Virus record (IMG/VR): IMGVR_UViG_3300000976_000009
Coordinates: 45,151 to 109,150 of that record
From: a virus
Length of the DNA stretch: 64,000 nucleotides
Direction: 5' to 3' (one strand)
Shown here: in pieces, positions 10,151 through 18,509 of the stretch
Layout of the letters: every line of letters starts with the position of its first letter
Position numbering within the stretch: the first letter of the stretch is position 1
Program-made: the position numbers and the translations under genes
The notes under the pieces: generated by a model
Database searches by the model: none
What the model was told of the DNA's origin: nothing
Seen by the model: only the letters and a program-made list of their open reading frames with translations

Positions 10151-11148
10151 TGAAAAAAGCAATAGTAATTAGTGGCGGTGGGTCCAAGGGTGCATTTGCT
10201 GGTGGTATAGTTGATTACCTTATCACTAAGGAAAAGAAAGACTATGATATGTATGTTTCTTCTTCTACTGGTACATTAGTACAATTACTAGCTTCTACTG
10301 GTAATATCCCAAAACTTAAAGAAGCCTATACAACCGTCAATAATGAAGATATATGGAAGGTAAACCCATTTAAAGTAGTGACAAATAATAATGGTAAAAT
10401 TAAAACTGAATTAAATTGGTTTAATGTCCTTAAAAATTTGGCACCATCATTTAAACTTGTTAGGAAAGATAAATTCCCTTGGATTAAATTAGAAAAAAAA
10501 GATGGAGCAATTTCTTTCGGTGATTCAAGTAATTTAATTAATCTTATTAAAAAATTCATGGGTCAGAAAGAATACCTTAGAGTTAAAGAAGAACTAGAAA
10601 AAGAATTAATTGTTTGTGTAGTTAACGCAACATTAAAACAAGTTGAATATAAATCATCATTAAATTGGGGGTATGATGATTTCTGTGAGTGGACACAAGC
10701 TTCTTGTAGTGCATATCCATTTATGAGTCCTGTTTTAAAAAATGATTACCAATATATTGATGGTGGTATATTAGAAACCACACCTATTCAAGAAGCTGTA
10801 AATAGGGGTGCAACTGAAATTGATATTATTATATTAAAAGAAGAGAATCCTAAATTTGAGGTTGAATATATGAGAAATTTATTTCACGGTATTTTAACTG
10901 AAATTGATATGATGCATAACGAACTTGGTAAAGATGATGTATTAATTGGGAAATTAAAAGGTAGGGAAGAAGAGGTAATACTTAACTTTTATTACACACC
11001 TAGGAAACTAACAAATAATAGTCTAATATTTGATAAGAAAATTATGGAAGATTGGTGGGAAGAAGGTTATAAATATGCGAAAGAAAAGAGTTTCAAATCG
11101 TATAAAGTAGTTAAGGGTAGGAAGGCTAGATTAATCAAAAAAGATTAA
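10150..11148 (+). CDS. Patatin-like phospholipase
   Basis: ISGGGSKG oxyanion motif, SSSTG nucleophile elbow (GxSxG variant) and DGG catalytic Asp. Confidence 0.88.
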   Translation: MKKAIVISGGGSKGAFAGGIVDYLITKEKKDYDMYVSSSTGTLVQLLASTGNIPKLKEAYTTVNNEDIWKVNPFKVVTNNNGKIKTELNWFNVLKNLAPSFKLVRKDKFPWIKLEKKDGAISFGDSSNLINLIKKFMGQKEYLRVKEELEKELIVCVVNATLKQVEYKSSLNWGYDDFCEWTQASCSAYPFMSPVLKNDYQYIDGGILETTPIQEAVNRGATEIDIIILKEENPKFEVEYMRNLFHGILTEIDMMHNELGKDDVLIGKLKGREEEVILNFYYTPRKLTNNSLIFDKKIMEDWWEEGYKYAKEKSFKSYKVVKGRKARLIKKD

Positions 11149-11303
11149 TCATCACCATAAATATCTTTAGGTTTAACACACTTCTCTTTAATTAGTTTTT
11201 CAACAAAAGCGAACATCTTTAGACCATTATCTTCACAATAATCTTTTAATATTTTGTGAGTTGCTGGTGTTATTTTCAAGTTTTTACTACGTTTTACAGA
11301 CAT
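11145..11303 (-). CDS. Small ribbon-helix-helix-like DNA-binding protein (52 aa, missed by ORF track)
   Basis: Manual translation MSVKRSKNLKITPATHKILKDYCEDNGLKMFAFVEKLIKEKCVKPKDIYGDD: a beta-strand plus two helices, RHH-like. Confidence 0.7.
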   Translation of the reverse strand: MSVKRSKNLKITPATHKILKDYCEDNGLKMFAFVEKLIKEKCVKPKDIYGDD

Positions 11304-11323
11304 TATATAATAGTTTTATATAT

Positions 11324-11380
11324 AAGTATGACGAAAGTATGAAAAAAATCATACTAATTATGGAGTATTCTACTCCATAA
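11324..11380. promoter_or_regulatory. Operator-like repeats between the RHH and sheath genes
   Basis: AAGTATGA x2 (11324, 11335); AGTATGA-N6-TCATACT (11336-11355); TTATGGAGTA-TTC-TACTCCATAA (11358-11380). Confidence 0.45.
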
Positions 11381-11453
11381 AATTTCTTTTGCAAATTTTG
11401 AATATATTTATTGTTAAGAACAGAAAATAATACATTAAAAAAAACAAAAGTAA

Positions 11454-14306
11454 ATGGCTTCTTCAAATAGAGTATTCGTCTCACCAGGTGTTTACACATC
11501 CGAAAGGGATTTATCATTCGTAACACGTAACGTTGGTGTGACAACTTTAGGTTTAGTTGGGGAGACTGTAAAAGGTCCAGCATTCCAACCAATCTTCGTT
11601 AGTAACTACGATGAATTTAAATCTTTCTTCGGTGGATTAAATCCAGCAAAAGTAAAAGATACTGGTGCAGCAAAGTATGAATTACCATACATAGCAAAAT
11701 CATATTTATCTCAATCTAACCAATTGTTTGTATCAAGAATTTTAGGATTCTCTGGATATGATGCTGGTATGGCTTGGGGGATAACATTAGATGCGGCATT
11801 GGACATCGATACTGTGGTGCCAACAACTGCTGAGGTTGATTACAACCCATTGATTACATATACTGCTTCAACAGCTGGAACATTAACAACTGTTGTAATC
11901 GCAAATCCAGAATTACAACAACTTTACGATGATGGTTTGGTAAGTTTAACTTTCCTACCAACAGCTATAATTGGTGATTCGGCTTCTTATGAACCAACAT
12001 ATAATAAAATTTCAGAAACTGGGTGTGACTTCTACGGGGTATCATTCGATACTGAGATTATTGCAACTAGTACTGATGTTAGTGGTAACACAATTGGTGT
12101 TGCTAGTGGTGCAACCATTAATTACTCTGGTGCATGTCATACTGGTGTTGAGAATAAGGTTGTTGCATTACTTAGGTCTAGAGGTAAGTACGATGGTAAT
12201 GAGTTTTTGACTTTCGATTGTACTGGTGGGACTACAGATATTGGTATTTCAACAACTGGTGGAACAGCACAGACAAACCCATTAGGTACGTTTACAATTA
12301 CTGGTACATCATTTTTCCAAGGTGGATTTAATTATTCATTATCTTTTGATAGAACTAAAAAGAATTATATTACAAGAGTACTTGGTAGAGGTGCACAAGA
12401 TAATACTACCGCATTATTCGTTGAAGAAATTTACGAAAATATGTTAGAAGATTTAATTGCTGATAATAAAGTTAGAGGAATTAATATGTCATTAATTGAT
12501 TACGGTAGAGAATTTGATGATAATCTTGAAGAATTTCAACCAGCAGTTACACCACACGTTGTGTCTGAGGTTAGGGGTAATAAAGTATTAAGATTATTTA
12601 GATTCTGGACAATTTCAGATGGTAACGCAGCAAATAAAGAATTTAAAATTTCAATCACTAACATTAGACCAGATGATAGATTGTTTGATGTTGAAATTAG
12701 AAGCTATGCGGATACTGATGCTAATAAATTAGTGTTGGAGAAATTTGTTAAGTGTAATATGGACCCAACATCTGATAGGTTTATTGGTAGAAGAATTGGG
12801 ACATTGGATGGTGAGTTTGTATCTAGGTCTAACTATGTTTTAGTTGATGTAGAAGAAGATTCAGATGGTAGTGATGCATTCCCAGCTGGTTTCGTTGGTT
12901 ATCCAGTAAGAGATTACAATACTAATGGAAACACTGGTGTACAAAACCCAAGTATTTCATATAAGAAAACATATAATACATTTGAGAAGAAAAGGAAATT
13001 TTACTTAGGTCTTTCTGATACAGTTGGTATCGACCAAGACTTCTTTGATTATAAAGGAAAACCAGATAGTTCAACACTAAATATGTGGACTGGTCTTACA
13101 AAAGGTTTCCACATGGATATTGAAGCTTCTGCGGTAACAATTGATAATGTTGAGGTTGTAATTAATACAACTGGAGGTACTTACTCACCAACATTTGAAT
13201 TTGAAACTGGTAATGCTGAATTCAAAAATGATTTTGATATCGTTGGAACGGATTACGAAAAAACTTATGCACGTAAGTTCACATTTGCACCATATGGTGG
13301 ATTTGATGGTTGGGATATCTATAGAACTAGAAGAACAAATCAAGATACTTACCAAATTAATGGGGCTAAGGGTTCTGTAGCACTTACTTCTGGTGTGTTC
13401 TCAAATAGAGCATTAACTAATGGTGAGAACGGAATTAACTCTGATTATTACGCATATTTTGAAGGTATGAGAACATTTGCTAACCCAGAGGCAATTAACA
13501 TTAATGTGTTTGCCACACCAGGTATCGATATGATTGACCACCCTTCATTAATTGATGAAACAATCGAAATGATTGAAACTGAAAGAGCTGATTCAATCTA
13601 TATTACAACTCTTCCAGATACTGATGGTAGTGGTGGTGCTATGACTGCTGAGGATGCTGTTGATAACATTGATGATGCATATGATAGTAATTATACTGCT
13701 ACATACTGGCCTTGGATTCAAGTTCAAGATTCTGAAAATAGTCAACTTATTTGGTTACCACCAACAAGAGATGTTGTTAGGAATATTGCTTTGACTGATA
13801 ATATTGCTTTCCCTTGGTTCGCAGCAGCGGGTGTACAGAGAGGTGATGTTAATGCTATCAAAGCTAGAAAGAAGTTAACTCTAGAAGAAAGAGATATACT
13901 TTACGAAGGTAGGATTAATCCTATCGCAACATTTGCAAGTGAAGGTATTAAAATCTGGGGTAACAAGACACTTCAAGTTAAAGAATCTGCATTAGATAGA
14001 ATTAACGTTAGAAGATTATTGTTACAAGCTAGAAAACTTATTTCTGCTGTATCGATTAGATTATTATTCGAACAAAACGATGATATCGTAAGAAACCAAT
14101 TCTTAGGATTAGTTAACCCAATCTTAGACAACATTAGAACTGAGAGGGGATTAACTGACTTTAGAGTACAGTTGGATAATGACCCAGAAGCGATTGATAG
14201 AAATGAGCTTTGCGGTAGAATATTCATTAAACCTACAAGGGCTTTAGAGTTTATCTGCGTAGAATTCAACATCATGAATACTGGTGCATCATTTGATGAT
14301 ATCTAA
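11454..14306 (+). CDS. Contractile tail sheath protein (gp18-like)
   Basis: VSPGVYTSERDLS start; C-terminal WFAAAG...RG, INPI, WGNKTL and RINVRRL motifs. Confidence 0.95.
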   Translation: MASSNRVFVSPGVYTSERDLSFVTRNVGVTTLGLVGETVKGPAFQPIFVSNYDEFKSFFGGLNPAKVKDTGAAKYELPYIAKSYLSQSNQLFVSRILGFSGYDAGMAWGITLDAALDIDTVVPTTAEVDYNPLITYTASTAGTLTTVVIANPELQQLYDDGLVSLTFLPTAIIGDSASYEPTYNKISETGCDFYGVSFDTEIIATSTDVSGNTIGVASGATINYSGACHTGVENKVVALLRSRGKYDGNEFLTFDCTGGTTDIGISTTGGTAQTNPLGTFTITGTSFFQGGFNYSLSFDRTKKNYITRVLGRGAQDNTTALFVEEIYENMLEDLIADNKVRGINMSLIDYGREFDDNLEEFQPAVTPHVVSEVRGNKVLRLFRFWTISDGNAANKEFKISITNIRPDDRLFDVEIRSYADTDANKLVLEKFVKCNMDPTSDRFIGRRIGTLDGEFVSRSNYVLVDVEEDSDGSDAFPAGFVGYPVRDYNTNGNTGVQNPSISYKKTYNTFEKKRKFYLGLSDTVGIDQDFFDYKGKPDSSTLNMWTGLTKGFHMDIEASAVTIDNVEVVINTTGGTYSPTFEFETGNAEFKNDFDIVGTDYEKTYARKFTFAPYGGFDGWDIYRTRRTNQDTYQINGAKGSVALTSGVFSNRALTNGENGINSDYYAYFEGMRTFANPEAININVFATPGIDMIDHPSLIDETIEMIETERADSIYITTLPDTDGSGGAMTAEDAVDNIDDAYDSNYTATYWPWIQVQDSENSQLIWLPPTRDVVRNIALTDNIAFPWFAAAGVQRGDVNAIKARKKLTLEERDILYEGRINPIATFASEGIKIWGNKTLQVKESALDRINVRRLLLQARKLISAVSIRLLFEQNDDIVRNQFLGLVNPILDNIRTERGLTDFRVQLDNDPEAIDRNELCGRIFIKPTRALEFICVEFNIMNTGASFDDI

Positions 14307-14322
14307 GATTATATAACTATAA

Positions 14323-14352
14323 GCAAAAAGGACCTAATAGGTCCTTTTTTGC
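14323..14352. terminator. Rho-independent terminator after the sheath gene (probably bidirectional)
   Basis: AAAAAGGACCT-AAT-AGGTCCTTTTTT. Confidence 0.85.
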
Positions 14353-14383
14353 GTTTATAGAATATTTATTATAAAACAAAGTT

Positions 14384-15508
14384 ATGACTAAGAAACTTAT
14401 TGTGACCGAAAAACAACTACAAATTATCACACAACATATTAATGAAAGTAATGATACTCTAAATAAATTATTATCAGAAGGTATAATTGAAGAAGGGTTC
14501 AAAGATATTGCACTTGGTTTATTAATGTTAGCTGGTGCAACTTTAACTGGTCAAAATAAAGCCATAGCACAAAAGGCTTTAGAAAACCAAGAGATTGTCC
14601 AAAAGATTGATGCGACACTTTCTGATACTAGTGAACTAAATAAAGTTATTAATAGAATTGATTCAAAAATGCCAAATGCTGGTCAAATGATTCAACAAAA
14701 TGCAGATAAAATTAAATCAACGATTAGTTATATTAATGATAAAAATGCTAAAAAACCAAAAGTTGGTCAAAGTGTTGTTTATTCAAAAACATCTAGCCCA
14801 TCTGTATTAAGGACTAGGTTAAAACAAGGTTATGCACTTTCTGATGTTAAAATAACTAGAGATACCATATTACCACCTAAAACTATTGTAACAGTACAGG
14901 ATACGATAGATTTTAAATGGTCATCAGATAATTTTTTTGAATCGGGAACATTCCAAATGAATCAAAACTCATCTGATTCTATTTCCACAGTAGTAAATGA
15001 AATAAATGCACAAGGTGGTCGAATTATTGGTGTTTATATCGAATCATCAACTGATAAAGAACCAATTAGAATGGGTAATACAAAATTAGCCCAACTAAGA
15101 GCAAATAGTGTTGAACAATTTATGCAAACATTAAATATTGGTGAAGCTAAATTTGAGGTTACTACAAGTCCAGATAGTGGTCCAGAAATATATGTTGCTG
15201 GTATGTCTAAAGAAGATAGATTAGATGCCCGTATTAAAACCGCCCCATATAGATTCGTGAATATAAGATTAATCGTTGTATTTGATGAAGAAGTCAAAAA
15301 AGGTGAAACTGCTCCACAAGTAATTGAAAGACATAGATACGAGTTAGTTAAAGTAAACACACTCATTTATAAAAAAGTAAAAATTAGGTATAAGAAAGGT
15401 AAAAATAAAACATCTTGTAAAAAAATTAAGACTAAAAATAAAAAACGTGGGGTAAGTACTACTTCATGTGAAATGTTTGGTGGGTCTGGTCTTAGTTGGG
15501 CACAATAA
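14384..15508 (+). CDS. OmpA-like peptidoglycan-binding domain protein with ITE/LSE leader and hydrophobic helix
   Basis: VYIESSTD...GNTKLAQLRANSV...RFVNIRL OmpA_C-like pattern; LIVTEKQL and IALGLLMLAGATL near the N-terminus. Confidence 0.55.
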   Translation: MTKKLIVTEKQLQIITQHINESNDTLNKLLSEGIIEEGFKDIALGLLMLAGATLTGQNKAIAQKALENQEIVQKIDATLSDTSELNKVINRIDSKMPNAGQMIQQNADKIKSTISYINDKNAKKPKVGQSVVYSKTSSPSVLRTRLKQGYALSDVKITRDTILPPKTIVTVQDTIDFKWSSDNFFESGTFQMNQNSSDSISTVVNEINAQGGRIIGVYIESSTDKEPIRMGNTKLAQLRANSVEQFMQTLNIGEAKFEVTTSPDSGPEIYVAGMSKEDRLDARIKTAPYRFVNIRLIVVFDEEVKKGETAPQVIERHRYELVKVNTLIYKKVKIRYKKGKNKTSCKKIKTKNKKRGVSTTSCEMFGGSGLSWAQ

Positions 15509-15539
15509 TTTGTTAATCCAAAAATTTTTCGTATATTTG
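15509..15539 (+). promoter_or_regulatory. Bacteroidota-type housekeeping promoter TTTG-N19-TATATTTG
   Basis: Exact match to the -33 TTTG / -7 TAnnTTTG consensus, 18 nt upstream of ATG 15558. Confidence 0.65.
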
Positions 15540-15557
15540 CTAGATAATCTAGTTCTT

Positions 15558-16316
15558 ATGAAGAAAAATAAAAGAATTTATGTATTTGATTGGGATGATA
15601 ATATTATCCACATGCCCACCACAATTAGATTAGAACGAAATGTTGGTGGTGTGTGGATTACGGAAGAAGTATCAACCATGAAATATGCGATAATTAGAGA
15701 TAGTGATGAATATCGATATCCACTAGGTGTAGCTGACCCTTATCTAAATTTTTCGAATAATCCACAATTTATTTCAGATTTATCAATTGCCCTTGAAGAC
15801 AAAAGATTTGGACCATCATTTTCTAAATTTAAAGAATGTTTAATGTATGGTAATGATTTCGCAATAATAACCGCTAGAGGTCAATCAAAACATGTAATAT
15901 TAGCTGGTATCATTATGATTATTGGTAAAACATTTTTTAATGATGAAATGAACATAATGTTAAATAATGTTGGTGATTTAAATGAATATTTATCTAGACA
16001 AGTAATTTGTCCAGTAACCTCTGATGAAATGGATTTTACTGAATTAAAGGAAAGTAATGCCGAAGATAAAGATGAAGAGAATATCCAATTACGTAAAGTA
16101 ATTGCACTTGATAGGTATATTGAAAACAAAATAAATACCACTGATTTCATTGAATTTGATGGTAAATTTAGTGTTGGTTTTAGTGATGATGATGAAAAGA
16201 ACGTAAAAACTATAAAAGATTTTATAGATTCAGCATTAAAACCAAGATATCCTAATTTACATTTCGTTGTTTATGATACATCTAACCCCGAAAATGTGGT
16301 GAAAAACCAGATTTAA
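15558..16316 (+). CDS. HAD-superfamily hydrolase (likely start 15558)
   Basis: YVFDWDDNI (motif I), IITARG (II), GFSDDD (IV). Confidence 0.75.
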   Translation: MKKNKRIYVFDWDDNIIHMPTTIRLERNVGGVWITEEVSTMKYAIIRDSDEYRYPLGVADPYLNFSNNPQFISDLSIALEDKRFGPSFSKFKECLMYGNDFAIITARGQSKHVILAGIIMIIGKTFFNDEMNIMLNNVGDLNEYLSRQVICPVTSDEMDFTELKESNAEDKDEENIQLRKVIALDRYIENKINTTDFIEFDGKFSVGFSDDDEKNVKTIKDFIDSALKPRYPNLHFVVYDTSNPENVVKNQI

Positions 16317-16411
16317 CACCTCACTATTAATTAAGTTTAAAAAAAGTTTGTCAAAAAGCAAATCTCTATATATTTATTATTAAATAAAGAGAACTTTAAA
16401 ACTTAATTAAA

Positions 16412-16900
16412 ATGGCTGATTTGTTAATGAAAATGCCCGTACCGTACGAACCAAAGAAAAAAAATCGTTGGTTAATTAGATTCCCATCTGATTTGGGGAT
16501 TCAAGAATGGTGGCTACAAAGTGCTTCAAGACCTTCTATTACTCAAAATGAAGTTGAGATTCCATTTCTTAACACGTCAACTTGGGTAATCGGTAGATTT
16601 ACTTGGGAGCCAATAACTGTTACATTTAGAGACCCTATTGGTCCATCTGCTTCACAAGCAATTATGGAGTGGGTTAGATTACACTCTGAATCTATCACAG
16701 GTAGACAAGGTTATGCTGCTGGATACAAAAAAGATGTTGAAGTAGAAATGCTTGACCCAACTGGTGTTGTGATTGAAAAGTGGGTACTACAAGGTACGAT
16801 GACCACGAATGTTAGTTTCGGTGACTTAGCGATGGACGATGACTCTATTGCAGATATCACGGTTGACTTAAGATTTGATAGGGCAATCCTAGTATTCTAA
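16412..16900 (+). CDS. Tail tube protein (gp19-like)
   Basis: SASRPSITQNEVEIPFLN, GRFTWEPITVTFRD, YKKDVEVEMLDPTG motifs; 162 aa. Confidence 0.92.
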   Translation: MADLLMKMPVPYEPKKKNRWLIRFPSDLGIQEWWLQSASRPSITQNEVEIPFLNTSTWVIGRFTWEPITVTFRDPIGPSASQAIMEWVRLHSESITGRQGYAAGYKKDVEVEMLDPTGVVIEKWVLQGTMTTNVSFGDLAMDDDSIADITVDLRFDRAILVF

Positions 16901-16920
16901 TAGATACAGATAAAAAATTA

Positions 16921-16952
16921 AAAGACTATCCAAACGGATGGTCTTTTTTTTT
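16921..16952 (+). terminator. Rho-independent terminator after the tube gene
   Basis: AAAAGACTATCC-AAAC-GGATGGTCTTTTTTTT. Confidence 0.8.
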
Positions 16953-17026
16953 GTTTATAGAAAACTTTACTCTTAGTATTTATATAATAGATTAGAATAA
17001 TAATATACTTAAAAAGTTTTAACATT

Positions 17027-18202
17027 ATGCCAGAGAACAAACCAAGCGTAATACCAACACAAGACCAAATCCTTAAGATGAATGAGGAAATGGCTGATAA
17101 ACCAGATATGAGTATGATTGAGCAAGCTAATGCTACAGGTACTGAAATTGCTAATCAATTCGAAAAGGAACAAGAAATTAAATTCAATAGTGAAGTACCT
17201 TTGGGTGAACAAGCCGCTGCGGAAGCTATGCGTTTAAAAACCCAAGAACAAATTGCTGAAAGAGAAAGATTACTTCAACAACAAAAAGATAGGGCTGCGT
17301 TACTAGACCAAGAGAGGGCTAAGATGATGAATCAAAAACCACCTCAAAGACCACCAGTACAACCACCAGTTCCTCCTACCCCACCAGTTCCACCATCAAA
17401 TCCGTCTGGATACGATATGCCAGAAAGGGCACCAGAACCTGTGGATAAATATTATGCTATTAGTCAACCTCAAATGAATGCTTCATTTGATGTTATTCCA
17501 CTACCTTCTGAGGGTAGACTATACAAAAATGGTAAAAAGTCTATTAAAGTGGCTTATTTGACCGCTGCTGATGAAAATATACTTACTAACCCAAACCTTA
17601 TGGAAAGTGGTGAGTTTTTGGAGATTTTATTGAATAGAAAAATTTTAGAACCAGAATTAAGATATAAGGACCTACATGTGGGTGATAGAAATGCTATTAT
17701 GATTTGGCTTAGAGCAACAGGTTATGGGCATGAGTACCCAATTACTGTTTATGACCCAGAAACAGCAGAACCATTTGAACATATTGTAGATTTATCTGAA
17801 TTGAAAACAATTAATTTAAATGTTGAAACTGATAAAGAGGGGTTAATTGATTTTGAATTACCATTAACTAAAGCTAAATTAAAAATAAAGTTATTAACAG
17901 TTGGTGATGTTGCTGATATTGAAGAGCATGTGGGTGAGAAAATGGGTCTTAATGATGGTTCGGTTGACACAGTAACTTACACATTAGAAAAACAAATTGT
18001 TGACATTAACGGAAACAGAGATAAAGCGTATATAAAGGATTTTATTCAATCTATGAGGGTTGGAGATTCCAACGCTGTTAGAAAGTATATTGACCAAATT
18101 GATAGTGGAATTGACATGAAGCTAGAAATCGGGACTCCTGGGGGTGGGTCCCTCGACACGTTTCTTCCCATTAACTTCAAGTTTTTTTGGCCTAACTTAT
18201 AA
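17027..18202 (+). CDS. Baseplate hub/tail assembly chaperone, T4 gp26-like, with Q/P-rich N-terminal extension
   Basis: IPLPSEGRLY...LTAADENIL, GDRNAIMIWLRATGYG and C-terminal FFWP patterns. Confidence 0.75.
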   Translation: MPENKPSVIPTQDQILKMNEEMADKPDMSMIEQANATGTEIANQFEKEQEIKFNSEVPLGEQAAAEAMRLKTQEQIAERERLLQQQKDRAALLDQERAKMMNQKPPQRPPVQPPVPPTPPVPPSNPSGYDMPERAPEPVDKYYAISQPQMNASFDVIPLPSEGRLYKNGKKSIKVAYLTAADENILTNPNLMESGEFLEILLNRKILEPELRYKDLHVGDRNAIMIWLRATGYGHEYPITVYDPETAEPFEHIVDLSELKTINLNVETDKEGLIDFELPLTKAKLKIKLLTVGDVADIEEHVGEKMGLNDGSVDTVTYTLEKQIVDINGNRDKAYIKDFIQSMRVGDSNAVRKYIDQIDSGIDMKLEIGTPGGGSLDTFLPINFKFFWPNL

Positions 18203-18461
18203 CTATAAAAAGCCGTTTCTACAAGAGGTCTATATTTGTATGAAACACCTAGGTTTCCAATATAGTGAAGTAATGTCAATGCCAGTTTATGAAAGGAGAT
18301 TCTACATTGAAATGTTTAAAGATGAAATGGAAATGCAGAAAGAAAGAATGGATGATGCACGAAAAAATGCAACATCTGGTGGAAAAGGAACCCGTAGTAA
18401 AACAGTATCTGGTGAGGCTTTAAAATCACAAATGAGAAATAATCAAATCCCTAACCAATAA
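18126..18461 (+). CDS. Tail/baseplate chaperone, gp51-like; probably reached by frameshift (first in-frame ATG 18240)
   Basis: MKHLGFQYSEVMSMPVYERRFY motif; this frame (+1 to the upstream gene) is open from 18126. Confidence 0.65.
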   Translation, partial: KSGLLGVGPSTRFFPLTSSFFGLTYNYKKPFLQEVYICMKHLGFQYSEVMSMPVYERRFYIEMFKDEMEMQKERMDDARKNATSGGKGTRSKTVSGEALKSQMRNNQIPNQ

Positions 18462-18476
18462 AAGTTAGGGATTTTT
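18445..18476 (+). terminator. Terminator overlapping the gp51-like stop
   Basis: AAATCCCTAAC-N8-GTTAGGGATTTTT. Confidence 0.7.
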
Positions 18477-18509
18477 GGTATATAATGATATTTATTACTA
18501 AACAACAAT

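Noticed and set aside
11287-11592. 101-aa minus ORF overlapping the sheath start
   Set aside because: It overlaps the sheath gene and spacer; the credible minus gene is 11145-11303.
18231-18238. TATATTTG (-7 box match) before ATG 18240
   Set aside because: No -33 element, and it is too close to the ATG to allow transcription of it; probably chance.
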